Positions 30,007 through 39,868 of a stretch of DNA of 64,000 nucleotides are shown piece by piece (positions within the stretch are counted from its first letter, which is position 1; every line of letters begins with the position of its first letter). Source of the DNA: an uncultured Acidobacteriota bacterium (lineage in GTDB: Bacteria > Acidobacteriota > Blastocatellia > RBC074); NCBI GenBank assembly GCA_963796275.1, contig CAWCKY010000003.1:800001-864000 (forward strand), in the 5' to 3' direction. The notes under the pieces were generated by a model. That model ran no database searches and was not told the DNA's origin. It saw only the letters and a program-made list of their open reading frames with translations. Made by a program: the position numbers and the translations under genes.

Positions 30007-32592
30007 TTACTTCCGACCCAGGAACCGGATGCGCCCGACAAAGGCGCGTTTCTGAAAATTACCGTAATTCAAAAAGTTTCCCGAATCAAGATTGTTATCA
30101 ACCGTGGATGGGTTCGCGCGATCAGTGACATTATTGAAGCCTCCGCGTACCGCCCAATGATAGCCGATCAGCCGGAACCTCTTCTCGGCATGGAGGTTCA
30201 GTGAGAAATAGTCAGGGAATCTGATTGAATTGGGAGGTCCAATGATCTGTTGATCGCGATTCACGATATTGAAAGGGAATCCGTCGCGCCAATCGAGCGC
30301 ATAGGAGAGATCGAATCCTTTGATCAGAGGCAGCCAGCCCCAGGAGATCAGACGGTTCGGCGAATCCCAGGGCAGCGGCCCTCCCGCCTGCTGGCTGAAG
30401 ATCGGATTATCTATATCGATCTCAAAGGTGGCGTTCGAACGCGCTTTGGAACGCGTATAGGATAAGAGCATCATGTAATTCTGCTTGATCTTTCGGCGCA
30501 GCGTGACCTGTACCGCATCGTAACGATCACGCCGGAAGCTGCTCAACTGAAAAAGGCCGCTTCGCTGATCGGGCAGTAGCGGGTTGTTCAGGCCGTTGTT
30601 GATAAAGGCGAGCCCGTCGCTGCCGCGTCTTCCGATGAAATCCAGGCGCATGTAGACTGATGCCGGCAACTTGTCTTCGATTCCCACACTCCAGTTCAAA
30701 AAGCGCGGGGCTTCCAACTCGTCATCGTTAACCTGTAATGCCGTATCGATTGGGGTGCTGCTTACTCCATCGGTCGAGATGAATGTGTCAATTCGGCGCC
30801 CGGTATATGGTTGTGTGATATAACTAAGGTTCGTTGTATCGTAGTAAAGGCCGACGCCTGCGGAGAGCTTGGTATCACGGCTCGCCTTCAGCAGATATGT
30901 GGTAGCAATCCGCGGTGAGATCAGGACATCGCGAATGATTTCATCCCAATCGTACCTCAAACCTATCTCCATCAGCCATCGATCGGAGATAGACCATCTA
31001 TCCTGCGCATACCCGCTCACTTCAAAGTTATATCGGTCGGATCCCGGGCTATCGATGTAGTCGATTTGACGAGAAATGGAACCGTCCCGGCGTTTGATGA
31101 GCACCGAATTCCTCTCAGCCGACTGCTCGAAAAAGACCCGGTCAAAATCAACCCCCACCTTGAACTCGTGCCTTCCGTTAAATTGAACGGTTGGTAAAGT
31201 CAAATTGCTAAGAAATTGCAGTCGGCGCGCCAGACTGGTAGTGGTCTTGAAATAGTTTCCAGCTCTCGATCCGGGGAAAAGCTCAAGCGGCATATCGCCG
31301 AGTGGAGATTCAAGAGCATCGAACTGGTTAAACCCTAATCCGAATTCCAAAACCATTCCGCCCGTGAAATAGGTCTGGTTTTTGACTGTGAAAAGGTATG
31401 CGGACTGGTCAAGGTTCCTCGTGGTCTCGATCGGGCTGAACTGCGATAATCCGTTGAAAGACGAGTTGTACCGATTTATGAGAAAACTCGTGGTCAGGAT
31501 ATTCGTCTGATTCAGATTAACCTGCGCCTTGGACAAATTGTTCAAACGCCAGGTGCGACCTCGATCGAGGCCTTCCGGGAGCTCGTCTATGATATTCAGA
31601 TTGTACTCGCCATCGACGGCATTGAAAAACCATGCCTTTTGCTTGCGCAACGGGCCGGAAAATGTCGCGCGCGGCGTCCAGTCATTGAGATTGATGCCGT
31701 TGCGAATCTGAGGTGAAGGGATGAAATCGGTTATCGCAAAGCGGTAACGATCATCGCCCATTGAGGTCGTCAAACCCAGTATGCCGGCCGATCCCTTACC
31801 GTATTCAGCCGAATAGCGGCTGCTTTTGACGTCAATCGATCGCAACGCATCCGGGCTGACGCGCAGCTCGAGCAGGCCGCTGGCCGGATGAGATGTGCTG
31901 AAGCCATCGAATTGGCTGTTAATCTGGTTCGATGCCGCGCCATTTATATGAACATTTCCGGAATTGTCGCGCACGATGCCGGGAACGTACGGCAGGATAT
32001 TGCGGTAATCGCGGCCAGACGAATAGGGAATGTTGACGATCTCCATGCTGCTCAGCTCGTCGCCGGCGGCCGTCTTCGCCAAATCGATGGTCGGTGGTGA
32101 ATTGACCACGTTTACGGAGTCGCGCACCTCCTGCTCATGATCGATGGTGATTTCAAGCTTATCGGTTTGGCCGACATTGATATCTTGTGAATCAGAAGCA
32201 TAGAAGCCCTGTTTTTCAATTTTGACGCGATACAATCCCGGCATTATTTCATCGAAGCTGATCCGTCCTTTGGAATCGGTCTCACCTCGAACCTCGGTCT
32301 TCGTATCGAGGCGCAACAGGGTCAATTGTGCCGCAGGCACAGGCACGCCGTTTTCATCCAAGACTGTTATTTCGATCTTTTTATTCGATCGCTGTTCCGA
32401 CTCGTCCGGTATAGCGACGCCGTTTGATTCCTGGGAAAATGATTGTGTGAAAGCCAGCGCTGAGATAAATAAACAAATCGGAAACGCGAGAAGGGGGCCG
32501 GCATTCATCTTATTGTTCATCCTCATCCTCGCAATTGGTCGGAAGAACGCAAAGAATCTGATCGAACAACTAGACAATACTTCATACCGCAT
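30007..32592 (-). CDS. TonB-dependent receptor with carboxypeptidase-regulatory-like N-terminal domain
   Basis: VLDENGVPVPAA..G.TDSKG..PGLYRV; plug YSAEYG; GYAQDRW; GLRYD; C-terminal beta strand. Confidence 0.88.
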   Translation of the reverse strand: MRYEVLSSCSIRFFAFFRPIARMRMNNKMNAGPLLAFPICLFISALAFTQSFSQESNGVAIPDESEQRSNKKIEITVLDENGVPVPAAQLTLLRLDTKTEVRGETDSKGRISFDEIMPGLYRVKIEKQGFYASDSQDINVGQTDKLEITIDHEQEVRDSVNVVNSPPTIDLAKTAAGDELSSMEIVNIPYSSGRDYRNILPYVPGIVRDNSGNVHINGAASNQINSQFDGFSTSHPASGLLELRVSPDALRSIDVKSSRYSAEYGKGSAGILGLTTSMGDDRYRFAITDFIPSPQIRNGINLNDWTPRATFSGPLRKQKAWFFNAVDGEYNLNIIDELPEGLDRGRTWRLNNLSKAQVNLNQTNILTTSFLINRYNSSFNGLSQFSPIETTRNLDQSAYLFTVKNQTYFTGGMVLEFGLGFNQFDALESPLGDMPLELFPGSRAGNYFKTTTSLARRLQFLSNLTLPTVQFNGRHEFKVGVDFDRVFFEQSAERNSVLIKRRDGSISRQIDYIDSPGSDRYNFEVSGYAQDRWSISDRWLMEIGLRYDWDEIIRDVLISPRIATTYLLKASRDTKLSAGVGLYYDTTNLSYITQPYTGRRIDTFISTDGVSSTPIDTALQVNDDELEAPRFLNWSVGIEDKLPASVYMRLDFIGRRGSDGLAFINNGLNNPLLPDQRSGLFQLSSFRRDRYDAVQVTLRRKIKQNYMMLLSYTRSKARSNATFEIDIDNPIFSQQAGGPLPWDSPNRLISWGWLPLIKGFDLSYALDWRDGFPFNIVNRDQQIIGPPNSIRFPDYFSLNLHAEKRFRLIGYHWAVRGGFNNVTDRANPSTVDNNLDSGNFLNYGNFQKRAFVGRIRFLGRK

Positions 32593-33057
32593 ACGTACCT
32601 CCATCTGCCCAAGCATTATCTGCGCCCAATTGCCGGCGCAGGAATTTTTTTTAAGCTTGCAGGTTGGGTGTCGGGGCTACTCACAAACTTGAGGGGAATT
32701 TTAACCCTTTTACAGACAGATAACAGATATACCAATGAGCGCGATTTGGCAAGGAATTTAATTGTGCATTACAAATGTCTCATTCATCGTTGGCCGTGAC
32801 GCCATAAACGACTCGATGTAGAATTGCGCTCAAACTGCCCCGTATACCAATCCATTTGATGATAACGGAAGACAAGGGAGTTTGGCAGTTGCCGTTTTAA
32901 ACATTGTCTGCGGGGTTCGAACGAACCGCCAGCTGCCAATATATCAGAGCGAATGGTCCAGATGCCTGGCGGCGCCCTGAACGATGAAAAACGCCCGGGT
33001 AGTGGTGCGCGGCCTCCGCGCGGCTCCCAGGTAAACCCAGAGGAGGAATTAGCTTAA

Positions 33058-33273
33058 ATGCAAAATGCAAAAACGAAAGATAACGTCTCATTCGAGGTAC
33101 GGTTGACCGCCGGTCGCACTGGAACTGACCCGAATGCACCGGACTGGGAAGTTCGTGAACTCATAAACGGCATAATCAATAACGATGCGGAAGTCTATGA
33201 CAATTTGACGAGAGTAGAAGCTGATGACCTGGCTTCGATGTGGATGAGAAAGAAGGAAGAGGCAGGGGCATGA
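33058..33273 (+). CDS. Small hypothetical protein (71 aa)
   Basis: GAGGAGG RBS before the ATG; globular-looking sequence. Confidence 0.6.
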   Translation: MQNAKTKDNVSFEVRLTAGRTGTDPNAPDWEVRELINGIINNDAEVYDNLTRVEADDLASMWMRKKEEAGA

Positions 33274-33311
33274 GGGCATGAAATGATGAAATGACATGAT
33301 AGGAGGCACCG

Positions 33312-33683
33312 ATGAAGAAAAGTTTGATCATCGTGGGAATTGTCGTGCTCTTGATCGTATGCTGGCGTTGGAGCTCGGCAATCCCACAAGAGCTGGACCC
33401 GGTGAAGGTGGCGGGAGACACCCACAAGCTGGTATTCGAGAACCGGTTCGTTCGCGTCCTGGAAACGCGCGTTCCGCCCGGTAAGAACGAGCCGCTGCAT
33501 CAGCACCCGCGCCGCGTCGTCATTTATCTATCCGATTTCCACACGCGGACCACGGAGAGAGGCGGCCAGCCTCAGGACAACCTGCGAAAATCGGGATCGG
33601 TACGCTGGAGCGATCCCATCGTCCATCAGGTGGAGAACATCGGCAAGACCGAGGGACATGTGATAAGCGTGGAATTGAAGTAA
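33312..33683 (+). CDS. Secreted cupin-fold protein
   Basis: HKLVFENRFVRVLE..PG..EPLHQHP..HQVENIG; AGGAGG RBS; signal peptide. Confidence 0.85.
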   Translation: MKKSLIIVGIVVLLIVCWRWSSAIPQELDPVKVAGDTHKLVFENRFVRVLETRVPPGKNEPLHQHPRRVVIYLSDFHTRTTERGGQPQDNLRKSGSVRWSDPIVHQVENIGKTEGHVISVELK

Positions 33684-33701
33684 ACTCGGCTTGAGAGAAA
33701 T

Positions 33702-33761
33702 GAAAATAACCGCGGGAGCGGGGAATCTTGACCAATTCCCCATCTACCCGCGGTTATTTTC
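33702..33761. terminator. Bidirectional terminator between convergent genes
   Basis: GAAAATAACCGCGGG...CCCGCGGTTATTTTC. Confidence 0.7.
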
Positions 33762-33792
33762 TTTAACGTCGGCTGTCTGGTCGAGCTAAAGC

Positions 33793-34341
33793 TCAGAAGC
33801 GGAATCCAAAGCCGATACCGAATTGCAGGTTATGCGATGTGAACGAAGGTGTGGCGATGTCCGAACCGAAGTTGACGATGGTGTCGCCCAGATCGAAGCG
33901 AACGACGGTGCTCCGAGAAGGATAGAGCTCTAAGACACCACCGAGATCGAACGTGAATTGAGTTGAGGTGGTTAAGGGAGCTGCCCGATCGAACCGTGTG
34001 AATCCCGGCCTGATTTTGCCGAAGATCCCAGCCCTCTCGGAACGAATACCGGTCTTAATTCCGAACAATCCCTGGTAACTGGAGGTAGAAGCGATCAGAC
34101 CGAGGTCCTGCGGAAAGTAATTCAATTCACCTTCCACGGCAATATTGTCGGTGAAATTATACGTAAGACGCCCACCCCCGCCGGTATTGGTGTCATCGAG
34201 ATCGCTCAACCGCGTTACGACGAACTGTCCGCCGATCTCGAATTTCGGCGTGTCGTTTCGTATTTGCGCCTGCGCTAATACACTCGTTAACGTAAGCACC
34301 GCGGTAGCCGCCATTAACATTGAAAATAGTCTCTTCGACAT
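33793..34341 (-). CDS. Small outer-membrane beta-barrel protein
   Basis: Signal peptide ending AQA; alternating strands; C-terminal GFGFRF. Confidence 0.85.
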   Translation of the reverse strand: MSKRLFSMLMAATAVLTLTSVLAQAQIRNDTPKFEIGGQFVVTRLSDLDDTNTGGGGRLTYNFTDNIAVEGELNYFPQDLGLIASTSSYQGLFGIKTGIRSERAGIFGKIRPGFTRFDRAAPLTTSTQFTFDLGGVLELYPSRSTVVRFDLGDTIVNFGSDIATPSFTSHNLQFGIGFGFRF

Positions 34342-34443
34342 CTTTTTTTGATTCTCCTTGATTCTTCTACTAAGTAATTTTTGTGAGAAAAGTTATTGCA
34401 AATAACTCACTTTTTAAGGTAGGGGGAATACCCTGAGATAAAG

Positions 34444-34458
34444 GCAACTTCCAAGCCA
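34444..34458 (-). promoter_or_regulatory. Putative sigma-54 (-24/-12) promoter
   Basis: Minus strand TGGCTTGGAAGTTGC (GG-N10-GC) about 100 bp upstream of the beta-barrel gene. Confidence 0.55.
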
Positions 34459-34704
34459 GAGTTGCAAGCTTATAGGTAATTGGTTGGATCCAGCGACTTA
34501 TTCAGATAATTAAGATAATGCGTCAGCAAGATCAATCCAAGAATCTGAATTCACGATTCAAATTCTCGGATAGCCGGCGGCTTGGTATAATTGACCATCG
34601 CGTAGAATTTGGGGAATTCGTTACAACATTCAGCCAGTCGGTGAGGTCGGACGTATCTTCGTCGATGATCGAGGATACTGTCCGTATCGGTGAAATGGAG
34701 GTTT

Positions 34705-35208
34705 ATGAGAAGTTGTGCATTGTTCATTCTGGTATTTATCTTGTGTGCTCTGTCATCACAGCCCCTTTTCGCACAGAGTCAAGCCGCTGCCGGATTCGAT
34801 AAACTCAAGTCACTTGCCGGTGATTGGCAGGGCAAGGACCCGGACGGATATGATTTAAGGGTGAACTATCAGATAGTCTCGGGCGGCTCGGCATTAATCG
34901 AGACGCTACAAAACGCAAACGAGCCGAGCATGGTCACCCTCTATCATATGGACGGCGATAAGCTCATGGTGACGCATTATTGCTCTAGCGGTACCCAACC
35001 TCGGATGGTTGCGGAGACGCCGGCAGCCGAGGTCAAAAATTTGAACTTCAAATTTTTTGATATAACCAACCTTGCGAAACCGGATGCCGGTCACATGCGA
35101 AGTCTTGCCGTCACTTTCCAGGACCCGGATCATATCCGGCAGGTGTGGACCTGGCGATTGGATGGAAAAGATCAGATAACGACTTTCGACCTGGAGCGAA
35201 AAAAATAG
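34705..35208 (+). CDS. Secreted hypothetical protein (THYC..QPRM type)
   Basis: GGAGG RBS; signal peptide; LKSLAGDW, MVTLYH, THYCSSGTQPRM, GHM. Confidence 0.8.
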   Translation: MRSCALFILVFILCALSSQPLFAQSQAAAGFDKLKSLAGDWQGKDPDGYDLRVNYQIVSGGSALIETLQNANEPSMVTLYHMDGDKLMVTHYCSSGTQPRMVAETPAAEVKNLNFKFFDITNLAKPDAGHMRSLAVTFQDPDHIRQVWTWRLDGKDQITTFDLERKK

Positions 35209-35427
35209 GTCTGAAAAAGATACCTGAGTGAAGAAAACCCAAAATGACGGATGGCGCAAATAGTTTTTTTTGTTTTTTTGGCTTCTTTTTTGCCATTTTT
35301 GCTAACCATTTGCTCTCGTCAATAGCCCTGATATCAAATGCTCGAAACCTTTAGCTCTGCTATTTCGTCTTTGCAGTTTACGGTCATTTCAATATAAATC
35401 TGTTTTAAAGTGGTTTAATAAGCGGTA

Positions 35428-36739
35428 ATGACAGATCTATCGAAGACCAAGACAGAAGTCGGTAATTATTTTGTCTCCAACTATCCACCGTTTTCACAGT
35501 GGAAAGCCGAATATCTACCGAATGCAATTGAAGCGCTTGATCAATCCCCGCGCACTGGAGACCCGCTCGGTCTGTATCTCCACATCCCTTTTTGCCGAAA
35601 GCGATGCAAATTCTGCTACTTCAAAGTCTACACGGACAAGAACGCAGCTGAGATCGAACTCTACCTCAAAGCGCTGATCAAAGAGAACGAAATCTACAGC
35701 CGGACGCGAGCTTTCGCGGGCCGACAGTTGCGATTCGCATACTTCGGTGGCGGCACGCCTTCTTACATCAGCGAAAGGCAGCTTCGCTTTCTCGTCGACG
35801 GGCTCAACCGGCATATTGGCTGGGAGAACGCGGAAGAGGTCACATTCGAATGCGAGCCGGGGACCTTACGAAAGTCGAAGCTCGAAACGCTTAAGGATAT
35901 CGGGGTCACGCGGCTGAGCCTCGGTATCGAGCATTTCGACGATAGAATTCTTGAGGCGAACGGCCGCGCTCATCTCTCGCCCGAGATTTACCAGGCTTAC
36001 AGCTGGGCGCGCGAAGTCGATTTTCCGCAGATCAATATTGATCTCATCGCCGGCATGATGGGTGAATCGGAGGAGACGTGGCGCGAAGCCGTCCGGCGCG
36101 CGATCGAATTGCAGCCCGATTCGGTCACGATTTACCAGATGGAGCTCCCTTACAATACCGTCATCTCGCAGGAGATGATCAGTAAAGGGCTCGATTCGCC
36201 GATTGCCGATTGGCCCACGAAACGGCGCTGGGTCGATTATGCGTTCGAGCAGTTCCAGGAGCGCGGTTACCGTATCGCGAGCGCCTACACGCTCGCCACC
36301 ACGAAGAAACCCTGCCGATTCATCTACACCGATGCGCTCTGGCACGGCGGCGACATGATCGGGCTCGGCGTTTCGTCGTTCTCTCATTTCGGCGGCGTGC
36401 ATTTTCAGAACGCCCATAATTTTGAAGAATATCTTCGGCTTCTCGAAAGCGAAAATTTGCCGCTCTGGCGCGCTCTGCCGTTGACGCCGAAGCAGAAACT
36501 CATTCGCGAGATGATTCTCCAGCTTAAGACTGGGGCGCTCGATACTCTCTATTTCCAGCGCAAATTCGGCGTCGATGTCTGGCAAGAATTTCAAAATACT
36601 TTATGAACGGCTGACTCAGGAGCGATTGCTCGAACACAATAAAGAGACGATCGATCTCACTCGCCCTGGGATACTGCAGGTCGATCACTTCCTCTCCGAA
36701 TTCTTTGAACCCGAATCGAAAACTGTTCGGTATACATAA
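35428..36739 (+). CDS. HemN-like (class C) radical SAM enzyme, +1 frameshift near 36595
   Basis: YLHIPFCRKRCKFCYF, FGGGTPS, NIDLIAG; the frame continues to TAA at 36739 if one A is removed from CAAAAT. Confidence 0.88.
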
Positions 36740-36750
36740 AAATCTTTACT

Positions 36751-38124
36751 ATGGGAATACATACTAGCGATACAAAAAATGGCAATGAATATGATGTGAT
36801 AGTTGTGGGCGGCGGTCCGGCCGGGAGCTCTGTCGCCAGCATCCTCGCGCGCGAGGGCCGCAAGGTCGTGCTTTTCGAAAAGGAGCAATTTCCGCGTCAT
36901 CACATTGGCGAATCACTGATGACCGACACCTATTGGACGTTTCAGCGTATGGGTTTTCTGGACAAGCTCAAAGCGAGCCCATTCGTCCGCAAATATAGCG
37001 TTCAGTTCGCCAATCCGGCGGGCAGAGAGTCGCGTCCCTTCTATTTCTTCGAAGCCAACCATCACGAGAGCGCGGTGACTTGGCAGGTGACTCGTGCGGT
37101 ATTCGACCATATGTTGATCGAGCACGCGCAGGAACAAGGCGCGACCGTTTATCAGCGTAGCCCGGTCAAGCAGTTGCTTTTCGAGGGCGACCGCGCTCGC
37201 GGCGTCGAGGTGCAGCTGGAGGACGGCTCGCTTCACAGGTTCCACGCGCAGGTCGTCATCGATGCGACTGGACAGAGCGCGATGCTCTCGAACAAATTCC
37301 GCTGGCGCGTGCGCGATCCCAACCTGAAGAAAGCGGTGCTTTATTCATATTTCAAAGGCGCGCATCGCGAACCGGACCTCAATGGCGGCGCGACGCTCGT
37401 GCTGCGAACCGCTGCCGGAAGCAATGGATGGTTCTGGTATATCCCGCTCGAAAACGACATCACGAGCGTCGGCATCGTCGCCAATCCCGAATACCTGGTC
37501 AAAGGGCGCGGTCAGGATCTGGCGAAGATATTTCATGAGGAGATCGAAAAATGTGATCCGGTCAGCCGCCGCCTCACCGAAGCCACTCGGGCGGATAAGA
37601 TCTATTCGATCCTCGATTATTCCTACCGCTCAAAAAAATGTGCCGGCGACGGGTTCATGCTGATCGGCGACGCCTACGGCTTTCTCGATCCGATCTATTC
37701 CTCCGGCGTACTGCTGGCGTTAAAGATGGCCGAGTTGGCGGCCGATGCGATTCACGACGCTTTCAAGCATCAGGATTTCTCCGCCGAAAGGCTCGGTCAG
37801 TTTCAGACCAAACTGGATAAAGGCATCGAGTCGATGCGCAAGCTCGTCTACGCATTTTATACCGAGGGATTCAGCTTTTCGCAGTTCCTCAGGAAATATC
37901 CCGATGAACGCGTCAACATCATCAATCTTCTGATCGGCGATGTCTTCCGGGAAGATGTGGATGACCCGTACGGACCGATGTCGGATTTCGCCGAGATTCC
38001 GCCACCGCTCTACGAACAGATACATTCCGTTGGACAGGTAAGCAATGGATCGGCGAGCGCCAAGACCCACGAAGATATCCTTTCCGCAACATACGTCGAT
38101 TACGACGATCGAGCGGCTACCTGA
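36751..38124 (+). CDS. FAD-dependent halogenase-like oxidoreductase
   Basis: GGGPAG, FPRHHIGES, VRKYS (Lys at the catalytic position), GWFWYIP, GDAYGFLDPIYSSGV. Confidence 0.88.
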   Translation: MGIHTSDTKNGNEYDVIVVGGGPAGSSVASILAREGRKVVLFEKEQFPRHHIGESLMTDTYWTFQRMGFLDKLKASPFVRKYSVQFANPAGRESRPFYFFEANHHESAVTWQVTRAVFDHMLIEHAQEQGATVYQRSPVKQLLFEGDRARGVEVQLEDGSLHRFHAQVVIDATGQSAMLSNKFRWRVRDPNLKKAVLYSYFKGAHREPDLNGGATLVLRTAAGSNGWFWYIPLENDITSVGIVANPEYLVKGRGQDLAKIFHEEIEKCDPVSRRLTEATRADKIYSILDYSYRSKKCAGDGFMLIGDAYGFLDPIYSSGVLLALKMAELAADAIHDAFKHQDFSAERLGQFQTKLDKGIESMRKLVYAFYTEGFSFSQFLRKYPDERVNIINLLIGDVFREDVDDPYGPMSDFAEIPPPLYEQIHSVGQVSNGSASAKTHEDILSATYVDYDDRAAT

Positions 38125-38367
38125 GCAATATTCGCGACAAAAAGGTCGAGGGGATCAAAAGCAGATAATTTTTGATTCCCTTTTGTCTGTTATGGTCAAT
38201 GTCCGCTCATAATTTAGTCCGTTTGCATGTGCGAAACATTGTATCTTGAATTATACTTAGGTCGAACTTGCCTGACCGGCTTTCTCAATTGAATATCGCC
38301 TATCAGCCTGCCGGAATCTTCTGAGATATAGCGGTTGTAAAGCGATCTAACAAAGAAGGAAAAGAAA

Positions 38368-39045
38368 ATGTCGACTCAGAATTGTGCCAAAAAATTTCAA
38401 GGCCCTGCATCCGTCTGGGCCGGTATATCACGCTTTCTGGCTTTGCCATTGCTATTGGCTATTATGGCAATGCCCATGCTGGGGCAGGAGGCGAAGACTA
38501 CTCCGAGGATGACGGAGAAGGACCGCGAGAATGCGATCGCCCAACTCAATGCATCACGCGAGAAGTTCATCGCAGCGGTTTCCCAATTATCTGAGGCGCA
38601 GTTGAAGTTCAAGTCTGCTCCCGACAGATGGTCGGTCGCCGAGGTCGCGGAGCACATAACGCTATCTGAAGACTTCTTATTCAACACCCTTACTGAGAAA
38701 GGATTGAAATCTCCGCTGACGCCGGAGAAGGAGAGAAAATTCACCGACGAACAGATCCTGGTGATGGTGACCAACAGGGGCAACAAATTCCCGGCGCCCG
38801 ATCCGCTCAAACCGGCCGGCAAATGGTCGAGCATGGCCGAGACTATGAAGGAATTTGACAAGCGACGTGCTCGGACTATCGATCTTGTGAAGACGACAGA
38901 TATTGATCTGCGCAGTCATTTCGTGGCTTTCGGCAATGCTGAGATCGATGCATTGCAGTGGACGCTATTTCTCAGCGGGCACTGCGAGAGGCATACCGCG
39001 CAGATCAATGAGGTGAAGGCTGATCCGAATTTCCCGAAGAAGTAA
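38368..39045 (+). CDS. Secreted DinB family protein
   Basis: WSVAEVAEHI and HCERHTAQI His triad; signal peptide. Confidence 0.85.
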   Translation: MSTQNCAKKFQGPASVWAGISRFLALPLLLAIMAMPMLGQEAKTTPRMTEKDRENAIAQLNASREKFIAAVSQLSEAQLKFKSAPDRWSVAEVAEHITLSEDFLFNTLTEKGLKSPLTPEKERKFTDEQILVMVTNRGNKFPAPDPLKPAGKWSSMAETMKEFDKRRARTIDLVKTTDIDLRSHFVAFGNAEIDALQWTLFLSGHCERHTAQINEVKADPNFPKK

Positions 39046-39154
39046 CCGTAAATGAGAAGCGGAATTCACCACAAAAACACAAATAGACGAAAGCAGAGAG
39101 ATAAAAAAATCGAAATGGTGTTTTTGTACTACTGTGAATTTTGTGGTGAATTAT

Positions 39155-39865
39155 TTATTTGGCGTCGTGGAAGATGATTCCCAGACAATACCGTATCCCT
39201 GATCTCAGACGGCTCACGCCATGCCGCATATTCACGCGATAATCCCCGCGCGTACCGCTGACCGGTCGCAAACGATTGGGAAAGATGATGAATTGACCCC
39301 GTTCGATCGTGATCGCCTCCGCCCGGGTCTGAGCCCGCGGACGCTGTTCGGCGAGTAGAAATTCGCCCCCGGTGAAGTCTCGTCCGTGCATACTCAGCAC
39401 GCAAGCCGCCTGCAGCGGGAAGGCAACCTCGCCGTACAAATCCTGGTGGAGACAGTTGTAATCATCCGTTTCGTACCGCAGGACAAGCGGTGTCGGTTTC
39501 GTCTGGCGATGTTGATGGCAATGCCCGATGAATTCCGCCAGCGTTGCCGGATAGCTGGATGGCTGTCGCAAACGCGGCATCCATCGATTGGCGATCTGCG
39601 CGAGCGGCGAGTATAAGTGCTCACGCAATTCCATCACAATTTGCGGCAATGGATTGGCGAAATATCGATATTCGCCGCGGCCGAAATTATGACGCTCCAT
39701 CACGATTCGGCTGCGAAATATTTCATCACTGGCGTATATATCGATTATTTCTTGGCACTCAGCCGCTCTTAGGAGAGATGGTGTGAGGGCATAGCCGGAT
39801 CGATTGAGCTCATCATCAATCGATACCCAGTCGAGTCTCTCAATTCTATCTTTGATAGATAACAT
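39155..39865 (-). CDS. 2OG-Fe(II) oxygenase (DUF2086 type)
   Basis: GRGEYRYF, PTPL, NCLHQDLYGE, GGEF, EQRPR, RHGVS, GIIFHDA. Confidence 0.9.
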   Translation of the reverse strand: MLSIKDRIERLDWVSIDDELNRSGYALTPSLLRAAECQEIIDIYASDEIFRSRIVMERHNFGRGEYRYFANPLPQIVMELREHLYSPLAQIANRWMPRLRQPSSYPATLAEFIGHCHQHRQTKPTPLVLRYETDDYNCLHQDLYGEVAFPLQAACVLSMHGRDFTGGEFLLAEQRPRAQTRAEAITIERGQFIIFPNRLRPVSGTRGDYRVNMRHGVSRLRSGIRYCLGIIFHDAK

Positions 39866-39868
39866 CGC

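Noticed and set aside
32620-33050. Cobalamin or other riboswitch upstream of the TonB receptor
   Set aside because: No B12-box or other recognisable core motif by eye; an Rfam scan would be needed
36585-36610. Programmed ribosomal frameshift here or at the other four indels
   Set aside because: No canonical slippery heptamer or stimulatory structure seen; assembly error is simpler
35428-36739. Calling the radical SAM gene hemN
   Set aside because: Lacks the HemN N-terminal GPRYTSYP motif and has no heme-pathway context
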